Positions 25,588-38,100 of a DNA stretch of 64,000 nucleotides are shown piece after piece. Made by a program: the position numbers and the translations under genes. Below the pieces are notes generated by a model. That model worked only from the letters and a program-made list of their open reading frames with translations. It ran no database searches and was not told the DNA's origin. The stretch is from Lobosporangium transversale (Eukaryota), in NCBI RefSeq assembly GCF_002105155.1, contig NW_019029000.1, positions 62,001-126,000 of the forward strand, given 5' to 3'. How positions within the stretch are numbered: the stretch's first letter is position 1; each line of letters begins with the position of its first letter.

Positions 25588-27265
25588 CTATCTACATATG
25601 TTTGCAAAGAGCACGTCCTTGAGATCTTTGAAGCTTACATGTGCCACATCAGCTAACTCTTTAACGAGGCTACCGTGATCCTTCAGTTTGACATCTCCGC
25701 CACAAATGTAGACGATCCAGAACCCAGGAACAACCTCTTAAAGGTCTGTCGTTGAATCTGTTTTGGTGACATCAAACTTACCCTCGGCATTAGTTTCGAC
25801 TCTATGCTCTCCACCATACAGTTCATCCAAGTAGCACTTAATCTAATTCCTATTGCCATAAACTTTGCCGAACATATCCTTGTAGGGTCGTTCAAACGCT
25901 TTCCTTATACCCTTTGATTCTTTGTTGTGGTCTCTAAACTCACTAATAGACACCTGAATGAACACTGGTCCAATCATGAAATCGAATCGAGGATATCCTG
26001 GATAGCCACGGGCCAAAAAACCATCTTTCCCTGGGCCAAGAGAATGTTCTGACCTGCTAGTAACTCTGTAGTCATCGAATTTCAATACGATTGAGGTCTC
26101 ATTGCCACTATTGATGTCTGTTGCCTTGAGTACTTGGCTGCACAGCACAAATAAGTGCATGCAATAGTGCCTCTTCAAAATCATATCCAGGATTCCCAGC
26201 TTTGAGTCGTCGTACGACGCTTGATGGTAGAGATAATGACTTGAACACTCTCATGAATGCTTTTTAGTACCGAATCACATAAAGGACGGAACAGCGTTTT
26301 GCAAACTTCATTTATACGATACAAAAGCCCCAGGTCCAAAATTCCCACTGGAAGAACTCTTTGACAGAGCCATGCAGGAAAGCTTGAGCAAGGCCTTGGT
26401 AGAAATTGCTACGTTCCCAATCACCCCCTGATTAGCTGGTAGTAGCCGTTGACAATTTCAAAGAACTCGTCTGTTCGATTGTTTTCAAAGTCTGAAATAG
26501 CTGAACCAATGGAAGTTATATTTCCCTTGAGAATGGCACACAGTTTCATGAGCTCTCGTGGTGCACGGTACGTGATCCTCGTTATTTCCACGACATTCTC
26601 CGGACTGAGGTTGATATCTTTGGCAGTGGAAGGTTATCTTTGAAGAGGCTTCCATGTTCATCAACAACTGTTAGAGTCCTCTTCTCCTTATCCCTTTGCA
26701 TAAGAAGATTCTCAAAGATTACTACTACCGTCAAGTCATCGTCAATGCCAAGATATGCCTCAGTAAGCATTTTTAAATCGTTGGAAGTCAAAATATCCTC
26801 GTTGAGCGCTAGAAAACGTTTGATTGTTTCAAATTCCGATTTTGACTGGGTCAGAGCGTCCAAACATTTCGCGTCAGCAACGGAGAGGATAATCCATCAG
26901 ATAATAAGACAAAGAAGATTTGCCGATGCCCATTGAACAGGTAGGATTCGTCGTTATGCCAAACGTTGTTCTCCTTGTATCTCATTCCAAAGCTCAATCA
27001 TCTGTTCCGTGACAAGTAAACTGCCAGAGCTGTATAAATCAAAATCCTTTGGAGTCTGGTTTATGGATGATGAAATAATAGTGTTGTCGCCAGGCCGATG
27101 ATTGGCTTTGAGGTGGGCAAATTGTTCGCGTGGAGCGGGTTTGAGATCACTGTTCTCTAGGAAATTAACCCAAGGTGGCAGCTCCACAATATTACCAGCT
27201 CCACAATATTACCGTCGAATCATGGGGCTAAAACGACATTTATGTCTTTAGAGCGGAGCTGTCAT
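25588..27265 (-). pseudogene. Degraded Crinkler-type P-loop NTPase/nuclease gene
   Basis: Fragments in several frames: LLVTEQMIELWNEIQGEQ, broken Walker A (MGIGKSSLSYYL), KRFLALNEDILT, Walker B-like TVVDEHGSLF, GYPRFDFMIGPVFIQVSISEF, terminal HVSFKDLKDVLFANICR-stop. Interrupted by stops, frameshifts and a 17-bp tandem duplication (27179-27212). Confidence 0.8.
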
Positions 27266-27289
27266 CCTAGCTCCTGGTTAAACGTTCTG

Positions 27290-27520
27290 GCGCCTTGGAT
27301 GATGATAATTGATGGGTCTTCCGCAAGTGGCAAGCATCCAGATGACAAAGCATATGAGAAAGGATAATTTCCTATGCCAGCTGTCCTGGTGATAATAATA
27401 TGGTTTTGGGTCTCATCATCAGACTCTCACTGGGTTCTCCACAGGATTCTTCATCTCTATCCGTTTTTACAAAACTCTTTGATAATAGTATCACAAAAAT
27501 CTGCCCTTTCTTGCACACAA
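27290..27520 (-). pseudogene. Short degraded fragment of a second CRN NTPase, paralogous to the adjacent intact gene
   Basis: Frameshifted translation HIIITRTAGIG / SFLICFVIWMLAT / EDPSIIIIQ aligns by eye with RMFVTGTPGIGKSAFLVYFAIRLLAEHDEENPPIIIFQ of the intact CRN. Upstream CVQERADFCDTI resembles YIRKEYKELYDHI. Confidence 0.6.
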
Positions 27521-27730
27521 GATCGCATGATGATCACAGGCTTTATAAAGTTCTATATGCCCCAGTAGAAGGGAGGACGGATTAAACCGCTCTATCTATT
27601 CGTCTAAAAGGTAAGTGGATAATGATGGCTTCATTTATAAAGGATGAACCATTGTAAAAAATCCTCAAGGAACAGGTATAATGCTTTTCTTTTACAGGAC
27701 AAATTTTCATCCACTTGATTGGTATTCGAT

Positions 27731-30150
27731 TTAATTCTTCAGATTCGTACCGGCTGCTCCTCCTGAATATGCAGCTTCGATGTCGATTTTTATGACACGC
27801 TGTCTTACATGTTTTAAGCATACATATGGATTCTTGACGACCGTATCTTTGGTGGTAAGAAAGTTCTGAACTTTAAAATCGTTATATACGTCTCCTGGCA
27901 CCACAAAATAGAAGAAAATGGTATCGTCACTTCCATTCGGCTTTGATTGCTCTCCAGTAATATATTCAATTATCTCCTTGAATGGTGCTTGCTTGATCGG
28001 ATGTTCCTCTGATACTGTGACCTGAAATAGCTTGTTGGGTCCCAATGCAAAATCAATGCACGGAAATTTAGAATGTACTGGTACAAACAACTTGCCAGCT
28101 GCTTGAGTGAGCCCTGATAATTCCTCTGAAGTCCGGATAAACACCTCTTCTGGATTTGCTGGAAAATCAAGAAATCCTGTTTCGCCTGACTGGAGATCCT
28201 TAAAGGGAAATCTAATATCACCACGTCGAAATAAGTGATGAGCATAGACTTCAAATACCGGGCCTTTAGCTATATCCTCTCCGCCTTTGACAAGGTTCGC
28301 CAACACATCGACCCAAGTGTTATCTTTTAATTTCTCCATAATCTGTGATTCGACCCAACGAGATGCCCACACCAGGTAGAAGTCGAGATGGTCAGAAGTG
28401 GGGACTCTATGGAGTAAACGACCACTAAATGCACTCGCATCTTTTCCTCGTGCAAAGAGGCTTACAAGATCTGCTGGATTCTGGAGTGATTTAATGGCCT
28501 CTTTGACGCGGGAAAACGCAGAGTCTCTAGCACTCTCAATATTTTCTTGATTCATGGATAGTGAATAGGCTGGGGTCTGTAGGACATGTCTTGGTACTCC
28601 CCCCAAGTCGTAAAAAAGCTCCTCCAAAAATTCTTCATCCACTAGATGATAATACTCTACATTGGCTCTACATTCTTTAAGCTCGTCCAAACTCCAGAGT
28701 GACATGTGATAGTAGCTAAAGCGTGCAGTTTCCTTGGCGAATTCACCGTACTGCTCATTGAGAGTTTTTGGTGATGCCGCAAATATCGTCCTGGCTTGAT
28801 CTGGTAGAGGTTTCTCACTACTATCAACTAAGTACCACGTTTCAGGCCGAGCAAGGAAATCTCGGAATGTTTTTATATCCCCAGAACGTCGGCAAGTTGT
28901 TCCTCCATAAACATGACATTCGGTACCCTGCTTCTCTTGGAAAATAATAATCGGTGGATTTTCCTCATCGTGTTCGGCAAGGAGGCGGATGGCAAAATAG
29001 ACCAGAAAGGCTGACTTCCCAATTCCAGGTGTTCCAGTGACAAACATTCGGTTCAAACCAGTTTTATGAGGGGTACTTAACCTGGATGTAATATGGTCAT
29101 AAAGCTCTTTATATTCTTTTCTGATATAAAGATGCCTTGTTCTGGCAACAGGGAAGATACAACCCTCAGGGGCAGTCAATATTTTGGAATCCTTGATACC
29201 ACCAGAATTTCGGAGCTCGCGAGCCACGCTAATAATGCCTTTGTAAGGATCATCTACTGGTAGCCCCCCCATGTACGAAAGCACCTTGACCCTCTCTTTC
29301 GAGTTGAGAGGCGAGACGGTAGGTTCACCATCCACTATCCCTTTCGTTACAAGCCCTGCTTCTGTAATCGCATCCATAAGATCACCTCTGCTACTCATGC
29401 TTGGACGAGCTTTTTTAGAGGGTGACTCTGATAAAAGAGATAGAGTAATCAAAATTAATATTTTTGATTTATTGCACATCACTCTAAATTGATCAATAAC
29501 CAGCTTCTCGGCCAAAAGCACTCACCAGAATCTTCATCTTGTTTTCTTTTCTGAGCTAAGTATCAAAAGCGAATAATGAGAAAGAACGTTGAGTTATCAA
29601 GACACAAACCAAATGGTGATATCACGTGGTATTGGGCATGAAAATAAGCAAACAAGCTTCATCAATTGAAAATATCAACAACAACCATCAGTCCATCAAG
29701 AGCTAAATACATACCTCGCTGTGGTGGCTTGACAATAACATGAATAGTTTCCTCTGGAAGTTCGGAAATAAATATGTCCCCAAGCTTCCTTGATGCGACT
29801 GTAAGAGCCTCTTTCGACTCGATTTCTGACTCAAAGATGGCCTCGTCTTTGTCAGGGATGGAGACCTTGTAGAGGGTGAGCTGGTAAGCGTCGATGTCCT
29901 TAAATGCATTGGTATTCTCTGCTTTGATGGCTTGCTTGAGTTCGCCGACTGAACGATCAGAAGGAATATTTACAGGAAAACATGAAGCTTCTCCATCAAC
30001 AATACAAAAAATCTTTAGCTCGGTTGGCTCGAGGATTTTAGGGTCATTGGTGCTTGAAGACTCTTCCTTCGCTTCCCCTTTTCTTTCTTTCTTTTCATAC
30101 GGTTCAGTTCGAGGTGATGGGCATCGTGATGGTGTTCTGCTGCTTCCCAT
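27731..30150 (-). CDS. Crinkler (CRN)/RHS-family protein: ubiquitin-like header, P-loop NTPase and PD-(D/E)xK-like nuclease (about 720 aa)
   Basis: Exons 30150-29715, 29555-29526 (30 nt) and 29427-27731. Header LKIFCIVDGE...SVGELKQAIK...IDAYQLTLYKV...TIHVIVKPP. Walker A GTPGIGKS, Walker B WYLVD. C-terminal FPCIDFALGPNKLFQVTVSEEHPIK. Confidence 0.9.
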
Positions 30151-30304
30151 TGTGTTTTCAAACCTGTTTAAAAACAAGGGCGTAAATAGACGGAGGACAG
30201 AAAATAGGGAAAGGTTGATAAAAATGTTAAAGGATGATAATTCAGTAGCAGGATGGTTCAAAATTGTCTAGAGATGAAGTTGAGGGAGGAAAAGAAAAAA
30301 AAAA

Positions 30305-30335
30305 GGAAAGGAAAGGAAAGGAAAGGAAAGGAAAG
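30305..30335. repeat. (GGAAA)n pentanucleotide microsatellite upstream of the CRN gene
   Basis: About six tandem GGAAA units read directly. Confidence 0.9.
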
Positions 30336-31128
30336 GCAATGAATGAAGGCTTGGAATAAATAAAAGAGCAAAATTGATGGGAGCAAAACTGGGGTGAAAT
30401 AAGAAAAAAGTGAAAAAAGGATAAAGGAAGAAAAGGAAGAGGAAAAAAGGATAAATTTGTTCTTTTATTTCAAGGTTGGGCTGTGTGTGAGAAAACTTTT
30501 TTTCTTGATGCCATGCGATTAAAGATTAAATTGGTCCCTAAGTGTGACGTAACATGTATTGTTTTAATACATCATCTCACCTCTGTTTTCACCACACATT
30601 CATCCCACTATGAACATGTCTAACACCTCATTCCAAGAACAAGGAGCTGTTACTGATGCTCCTATCAATGATGTTCTCGCCATCAATCAAATTGAAAAGA
30701 TATTGATTGGTGGATTTGAAGATATTCTAAGTGTTCAAACACGAATAATATTATATATAATAATAATTTTTGTATCAATGCTTTTCTTGATGATATCTAA
30801 GCAAAATTATGCTTTAGAGAAAAGCCCTTGACGCGTCAAACTCTAGTAAGGATAGAGAGGATGACAGTGAAGAAAGAGAAGATGGCGATAATGATCAAGT
30901 AGATATCCTGGCTGGCCATGAATTTGATTTCAAAGCAAGTGTTGCAATTACATTAGTTGCCCCATAAAGTCTAGTTCATTGCTTGAGAGTATATAATAAA
31001 GAAAAAGCTGGACATTTGTACGTTAACTCTAGTCTTTGAAGACGCACGTATTGAGAATGGACTTAATAATATTGTTGTTGTTCAAGCCGCAAAGCACTAT
31101 AAAATTGATCCTGGATCTCGGTTCACTA

Positions 31129-31545
31129 GGCTCGTCACCAGCCTGAAGACGAAGTTCATGTGCACATGCATGTACTGAAAGGCAAATCTGGCTTGCTCTT
31201 GCGGACACTTCTCTCTCAGGCTGGGACCAAAGTTGACATTTTGGCTGGAGGTCTCTTTTTTAAATTTGGCTCTTTTTTTATTTTTTTATAGATGAGAATG
31301 ATGGAAGGTCAATTTCGTAGTGGTAATCGGATAAATAAGTGAGATTGTGAAATGAGAGCAAGAAAAACATTAGCATACTTCACACGTAGGTCATTTTTCT
31401 GTGATCTGTAGGACTTTGCTTGAAAAAAAAATGACTTAAAAAAAGAGCCTTTCCTGCGGAGAGAAGTGTCTGCGGGAGCAAACTACATTTGCCATTCAGC
31501 ACGTGCATGTGCACGTGAACTTCGTCCTCAGGCTGGTGATGAGCC
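31129..31545. mobile_element. MITE-like non-autonomous DNA transposon, 417 bp, with about 92-bp terminal inverted repeats and flanking TA dinucleotides
   Basis: 31129-31220 (GGCTCGTCACCAGCCTGAAGACGAAGTTCATGTGCACATGC...) is the reverse complement of 31453-31545 at roughly 85% identity by manual alignment. TA at 31127-31128 and 31546-31547. Interior is non-coding. Confidence 0.8.
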
Positions 31546-31715
31546 TATGATTTTTCCTCACGAAAAAGACTGCCACAGGCCCGCATTTGAGGTGGGCTTG
31601 TGTTGCAAGTGCGAGCGAAGCGAGAAGGAGGTGTGACCCTCCCTTTACCTTTCGTTTTATCTGTCTCATTCTCGTCTTTCGTCTCATTTCCTTTCATATT
31701 TAGTTTTACATTCCC

Positions 31716-32125
31716 ATGGACACTTCACAGGGAAATGTCTTATTTGGTGCAGAACTCAAGGCAAGCAAACTTTGTTCGCATTGAACTTTTTTTTTTTTAA
31801 AATGGCCATTACCTTTGGTTTAATGAAGCTCATGTTAAGTTCTTTTTTTTTTTTATTTTTATTTTTTTATTTTATTTTAATAATAGGATCAAATACCTGT
31901 CATCAATCAACATATCGTCAATGGTATCGCATTCCTGAGTGAATTCAGAGACTTCTGCAAAGAACGCGCTAACATAGAGCGTGATTACGCGCACAGAATT
32001 GAGGCTCTCGTGCGCAAGTACCAACATAAAAAAGAAAAAAAGAACGCTCATAATGCTGGGGTCCCTCATTCCCCAATTGAACCGGATTTTGATACTGGAT
32101 TTGATGAAACGTAAATATCTCATTA

Positions 32126-32158
<33 letters not shown>

Positions 32159-33355
32159 GTGACTTACAAAAACAAAAATACTCGTTTCTCCCTTTCTGGA
32201 TCTGCATTTGATAGAACAACATCCAAGGCGTGGTCCGGAATTTTGAATGATACCGAGGCTTTGTCAAGGGATAGGCAGCTGTTTTCGGAGTCGATAATCT
32301 CCAAGGTGTATGATCCTCTCAAAGTTCTCGCCAATAAGAAAGATGAAGCTCGTAAAAAAGTACTGGTTACTTGTACAAGCCGGACCAAATGAATTTTTCG
32401 GAACCTTATGATCACTTCTTTTTGCAATACTCCTCAGCTTACGTTTACTGACCTATTGTTTTCCCTTTTTTTTTTTTTTTTCCTTAATTCATAGCATATC
32501 CAATTTGCTCAAAAATTACTTGCGGAAAGAGATAGATCTGCCCAGGAGCGTGACAAAGCCAAGTCTAAATATGATACCAGTTGTGAAGAGGTGGAAAGCG
32601 CAAAGCAGAAGCAGGAACGTGCCTATGATGAAAAGAATCAAGAGAGACTAAAGAGATCATATTATCAGGATATTTTGGATATGAACAATAACAAGGTATA
32701 AGCGACAGACTCATTTCAAAAAAAAAAAAAAAAAAAAAAAAAAATAGAGAGAAAGGGCTTCCAAGAGTTTTCATTTCATCGTCGTACTGACATATCAACT
32801 CTTACCTAGAATTCATACATCTTGGCGCTTCAAGTCCTTAACACTCACCGAAAGAAATATTACGAAGTTGACCTTCCAGAGTTGTCCAATGTAAGGGATA
32901 TTTTATATATGTGCATCAGGATTATTAGCAAGCCAGATGGGCAGACATATAAGCATTTCGCATTTAATTATTCATCTTTTTTTTTTTTTTTTTTTTTTTA
33001 TGCTTTAGAACATGCAACAATTGGATGAAAGTCGTATTAATGGATTAAAGGAGATCTGGGTAGAGTACATTGCTCTGGAGTCAAAAATGACAGCTGATGC
33101 TCAAAGGCATTTGGACTCGATGTTGACCTCGGTCCATGCCATAGACGCTTCTGTTGACTCTGCAGTGTTCGTTCGGACCAATAAAACACCATGGACACCT
33201 CCTGCTGATCTACCTTTTGAGTCGTCCCCCACGTTCAACGATACAGTAAGAGGCTTATTCATCTCTAAAAATGCTTACTGTCAATAATCTAAGTGATATT
33301 CACTCAGTTAATGAAAAATCAATCCACTCAATGCAAGTTTATATGTATTTATTTA

Positions 33356-33386
<31 letters not shown>

Positions 33387-34848
33387 CATTTAAAATTTCT
33401 AGGAAGAGCTTGTCGTGGACGAAAATGCCCAAGTGTTTTTGAGTAATAAGCTTATGAAGTTGAGACGCAAACAGGCACAGGCTACTGTTGATATTACCAC
33501 TCGAATTAAGGATTTGGAGGGACTATATAATCTTAAAGAAGCTTATACGAACAACAAGGACCTTGGAAATCCTGATGATGTGAATGAAAATATTTTGGAA
33601 TCTTCAAGGTCCGTCATGCTACTTCAAACACAGAATGCACTCTATGAGGCTGAAATCAATACAATTATCCAAGCAATAGGAGGTGAGGGGCACGTGTTTG
33701 TTGATTCTAGAAAACAAATCCACGCAGCAAACTCAACGAGATACTAATATCTTAATCTATATTATCATAGAAACCGACGTACAAAATCAACCACATGATT
33801 TTAAGGCGGCATCGTTCACCATTCCAACATCCTGCGATTATTGCCAATCTACTATCTGGGGAATTGCTAAACAAGGATTTACCTGTCGAGACTGTGGATA
33901 TAATTGCCATTCTAAATGTGAGATGAAGGTTCCACCTAACTGTAGCAACGTCAAGGGAGGCGCTAAGGCTCAACGGACCTCCATTATCATACCCTCCTCC
34001 TCCACTGTCTCAAATCACAGCCCCATGTCTTCGCTTCCACCCGAGTATGCCCCCTCCGCCACACCCATTTCTGAACTCTCCCGTCATACATCCATGTCAG
34101 CGAAGCCAATTAAGGAAGCACAATCAACTTCATCCATTGACCAATTGCAAGCGCATGTTATTTATGACTATGAAGCCACCAATCCTGGAGAACTCACTAT
34201 CAAAGCTGGCGATGTTCTCACGGTAGTTGAAGGCGACGGTATGTTTCTTTTTTTTTTTATTTACTTTATTATTTTCGATCTCAACTTCTCTCTCGAAGAG
34301 CCTACCTCATCCTTTCTAGATGCAATTTATTTCTAGTTCAATCTAACACTTTTTTTATGATAATTCGATGAAATAGATGGATCAGGCTGGGTTACCTGTT
34401 CTTTACGCGGCTCTCCACCTGGCCTGGTTCCTGCATCCTATATTGAATTGGAGCAATTCTACGAAGCATCAAGCGAAGAAGCCCCGGAGCAGAAAGGTTT
34501 TAAAAAAAAATGCTTTGCCTATTTTAGCATACAAGCTTTGTTAATTGTTCTTAAAACATGACCTTTTTTTTTTTTTTTTTTTTTTTTTTTACATTAGTTC
34601 GAGCTCTGTACGATTACGATGCCCAGTCTGATTTGGAGCTTACTATTCGGACAGGAGATATTATTGTTCTTACCAGCACAGAATGCTCGGAAGGCTGGTG
34701 GGAAGGTATCATTTTGGCAAAAAAAGTCGTCTCAATGTTTGTATGCCTCTCTTTAATGTATTGACATTTCCTTTTTTCCAACCCGATCCTAGGAACGTTA
34801 CGAGGAATCACGGCTCAGTTTCCAGCAAGTTATGTGGAGCCAATATAA
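31716..34848 (+). CDS. BZZ1: F-BAR + C1 + two SH3 domain endocytic/actin regulator
   Basis: Begins MDTSQGNVLFGAELK-DQIP...FCKERANIERDYA (F-BAR). C1 domain HDFKAASFTIPTSCDYCQSTIWGIAKQGFTCRDCGYNCHSKC. SH3 domains AHVIYDYEA...GLVPASY and VRALYDYDA...QFPASYV. First intron has a GC donor. Confidence 0.92.
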
Positions 34849-35120
34849 ATCATAGTTGCGTCGAGAATAAATTAAAAAGGCCGTGTTTAGAGTAAATAAT
34901 ACCACAAAATATGTGATGGTTGCTCAACTGCCGAACTTAAAGCAGCAAAAGCTTTTTTTTATTACTTCTTGTCGAAGCGTATATACCATTGAGAAAAATT
35001 ACGCGCTAGAATTATTGAAAGGGTTTTCACCTTATAGATTTGCCCAGTAAATATTTGTCAAGACAAAAAAGAAAGAAATAAATGAAAAAAAAAATGAAAA
35101 AAAAAAATTCTTTGATATTT

Positions 35121-38100
35121 CTAGTCGTCCTCATCCATGGTTGGAAGTTCAGATGGCTTGACCAATCCTGGAATCCTGAGCGCAGCTTCTCGATCTATCT
35201 TTTTCTTTGCTTCCTGCTCTGCTTCTCTCTCATCAAGGAATAGTTCGTTCTGCTCGGTCTCCGTTGCGCCAAACTCTGTCAGCTGGATCAAGAAGTCACG
35301 CACATGTAGCTTGAACTTGTTTGTGTCTCGATTGGTAGCAAACATCGCCAGGGTAAACGTCTCAACCTGAGATCTATTGAATATTTTATATTAACGTGTG
35401 ATTTAAAAAAATAAGATAAAATAAAAAATAAAGGTGAGAAAACAGTATCTATCCTTCATGTTGACTATTGTTGACTTTTGATCATCAAATGAAACCCCAG
35501 TGACATACGGTTGTAAATGAGGGAAGGCATTTTGAAGAAGGTTCATCATATAATCCTTCAGGAATCGTTCGTTAGTCATATTGGGATCAGCAACCTGTGA
35601 CATTGTAAACAACGGTGCCTGTACTGCTCCGGAATCCACCAAGTAAAACATACGAGCAAGGACTTGACATTGGAGCTTAAAGCCTATGAATGAATAGATT
35701 TTGTTCTAATAAGTCAATTCACATTATCTAACTCTTTTTTTTTCCTCTTCTTTTCTTTTCTTTTAGCATACCGCTTTTGTGATTGTTGTCTGTAAGCACG
35801 TAAAAAATATCATTAAGCAAGTTAAGGAAGTAGCTCTGATAAAAGTGGTTCGCAATGACTGGATCGCTGTTTGCAAAATTGTTGATCAAGTCCAGGCAAA
35901 TACTCAAGCCCATATCTGCAATGTCACGCATCGTATGCTTGAATGCCCAAACAATACTATCCACTATGAGGCGTAACTGTACTGCAGGAAGACTCAAAAT
36001 GGCTAGCAAGAGTTAACAACAGAAATAGCGTGGGTTAGGGAACCTAAAAACAGAAAATAACTTAACCAGACAAAGATTTGTAGGTTTATATAGCGCGCCA
36101 CCAACCTGCAAAACAGTTTTGCATGATAGCCTGCAAAAGTTTGAAGAAGCCCACACGATGCTCTGGATACTCGCTGAAATCCTTGTTGATCATTTGAAGT
36201 GTCACGTCAAAGACTGCCTCAAGAATGAGAGGAATTTGGTCATTAAGTAAAGCCTACATTATGTAATGATCATAAAGATACAGAGCATTAGAAGCTGAGC
36301 AAGCCATAACATATTGTGCTTTTTGCCACAGGTCCTGATCAAACAGCATACCCCCAGCTTGTTCACAATCGCACTCATAACGCTTAACACTTCAGGCTCG
36401 CGAGCAGGCTCAACATTCCGTTGATAATCTCCTAACACCGCTTCCAAGACCCCGGGAATGATGTTTTTGGTTACTTCAACGAGATCCTCTGCTTTACTGA
36501 CATAAGTCTCGATCAAACGGAGCACTTCCTTCTTAACAGTGCGCATTTGACGAACGCGTGGTGTACGCAGGGCGATAGGTCCTTGTACCACAACACTCTC
36601 AGAGATAAGTTGACTGACTGCCTTATATACAGCCAATAAATCCAGGTAAATCCGTCCGAGCTGTGAGTAAAATCCTGGGCCAATTGAACTGCAAGCTGAG
36701 ACATTTGTTTTTAAAACGCTGGCCAAGACTTTGAGGTTTTCTGTTTGGTCCAAGTTGTTCACGTTCACTTTGGCCTGCTCCATGATGTTATCCCACTAAA
36801 TTCGGAAAAATTATGTAAATAAGCTTGAATTCTCTATAGTAAAACAAAAAATTATAATTTTTATTATTTCAGAGTATGTCAGTGGGATACTTACATGTTG
36901 GTTGGGTGTCTGCATGGCCTTGGCTATCAAACGCTCTTGAGCCCCGCGATTGGGCTGAGCCGAAATCATATAGCCTATCGCCTCGTAAAATGTATGAAGC
37001 TAATGGATGCTGATCGTGAGTTGATTGTTATCTAGAAAGACAACATAATAAACAGTTGCCATTAGAAATATGATCCGTACCTGTGCAGGGGATAAATCGC
37101 TTGTTATCCGGTCGAGCGTATTGAGGATTTCATCAATGAAGGGCATCAATTCCTGAGATTGTTGCAAAACAAAATGCCGTCTACACTTTTGAGCGATCTT
37201 AATAAAAGTATCACAAGCCATGTCCTGAACTCCATCATGCGACTCATGCATAAACTCAAATAGTTTGTTGACAACTGTTTTTAGGAATTTCCAATGGGCC
37301 TTTAGGAATCGAGGATATTGTCCGACAATGTACATGATATTGGATGCAACAACAGCCTTATTATCCTTGCCAGGCTTAACAGCACACAACTCTAAAAGAT
37401 CTTTGATAACAGTGACCAAAAATCGTTTCTCGGTTTCTTCGCCTACAGATTAAAAAAAGAAGAAAAGAAACAACATCTCTACTCAGTACCTTTGCCTAGT
37501 AAAATACTGATTAACATCTGCAATAGCAAGGCTTACTCATGGCTCCTGAAATTGATCCGACCGCCCAGCACAGTTGATTGAGTTTTGCCCAACCCCACTC
37601 AGAGCCATCCATTTGCCTCATTAATTTCTCCGTCATGATCTGTTCTGTATTGGCACAGTCCAAATGCGTCAGATAGACAAGGACCTCACGCATACTCTTA
37701 TAGAGAGTAATGGTGTCACTCTCCTTCAAGACTTCACGGACAATCTCTCCTTCGTCATTCTCAACAACCAAAACCTAAAAACGTACAAGACAGGTTATTT
37801 CCTAATTGGCGATCAACTGACCCACAAAATAACAGTATTGCTAATAGGCATGGTGCATAAACTATACCTCTTCAGGCTTAACCATGTGCTCGATCATGAC
37901 AACGCGCAATCGTGGCAAAATGGTACTATAGTATGTCCGGCTGCGGTCTTCTCCCTTTAACAGCATGCCTGGCCTACCCATGTTCAACAAAGGTGTATCC
38001 ACTGCTGGTAGTTGTTGAAGCTCCTCATAAAGGTCCGCTACCAGCTTAGCCCAGTATTCAAGGCAGATCTTGAAGATCTCTCGTTCTTCTACTTCCGAGA

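Noticed and set aside
24650..30250. Scarcity of long homopolymer runs as evidence of horizontal acquisition of the CRN block
   Set aside because: The native CRM1 region also has few long runs, so the signal does not discriminate.
30610..30970. Short ORF plus an acidic stretch between the CRN gene and the MITE
   Set aside because: No convincing splice donor linking the parts and no homology evident.
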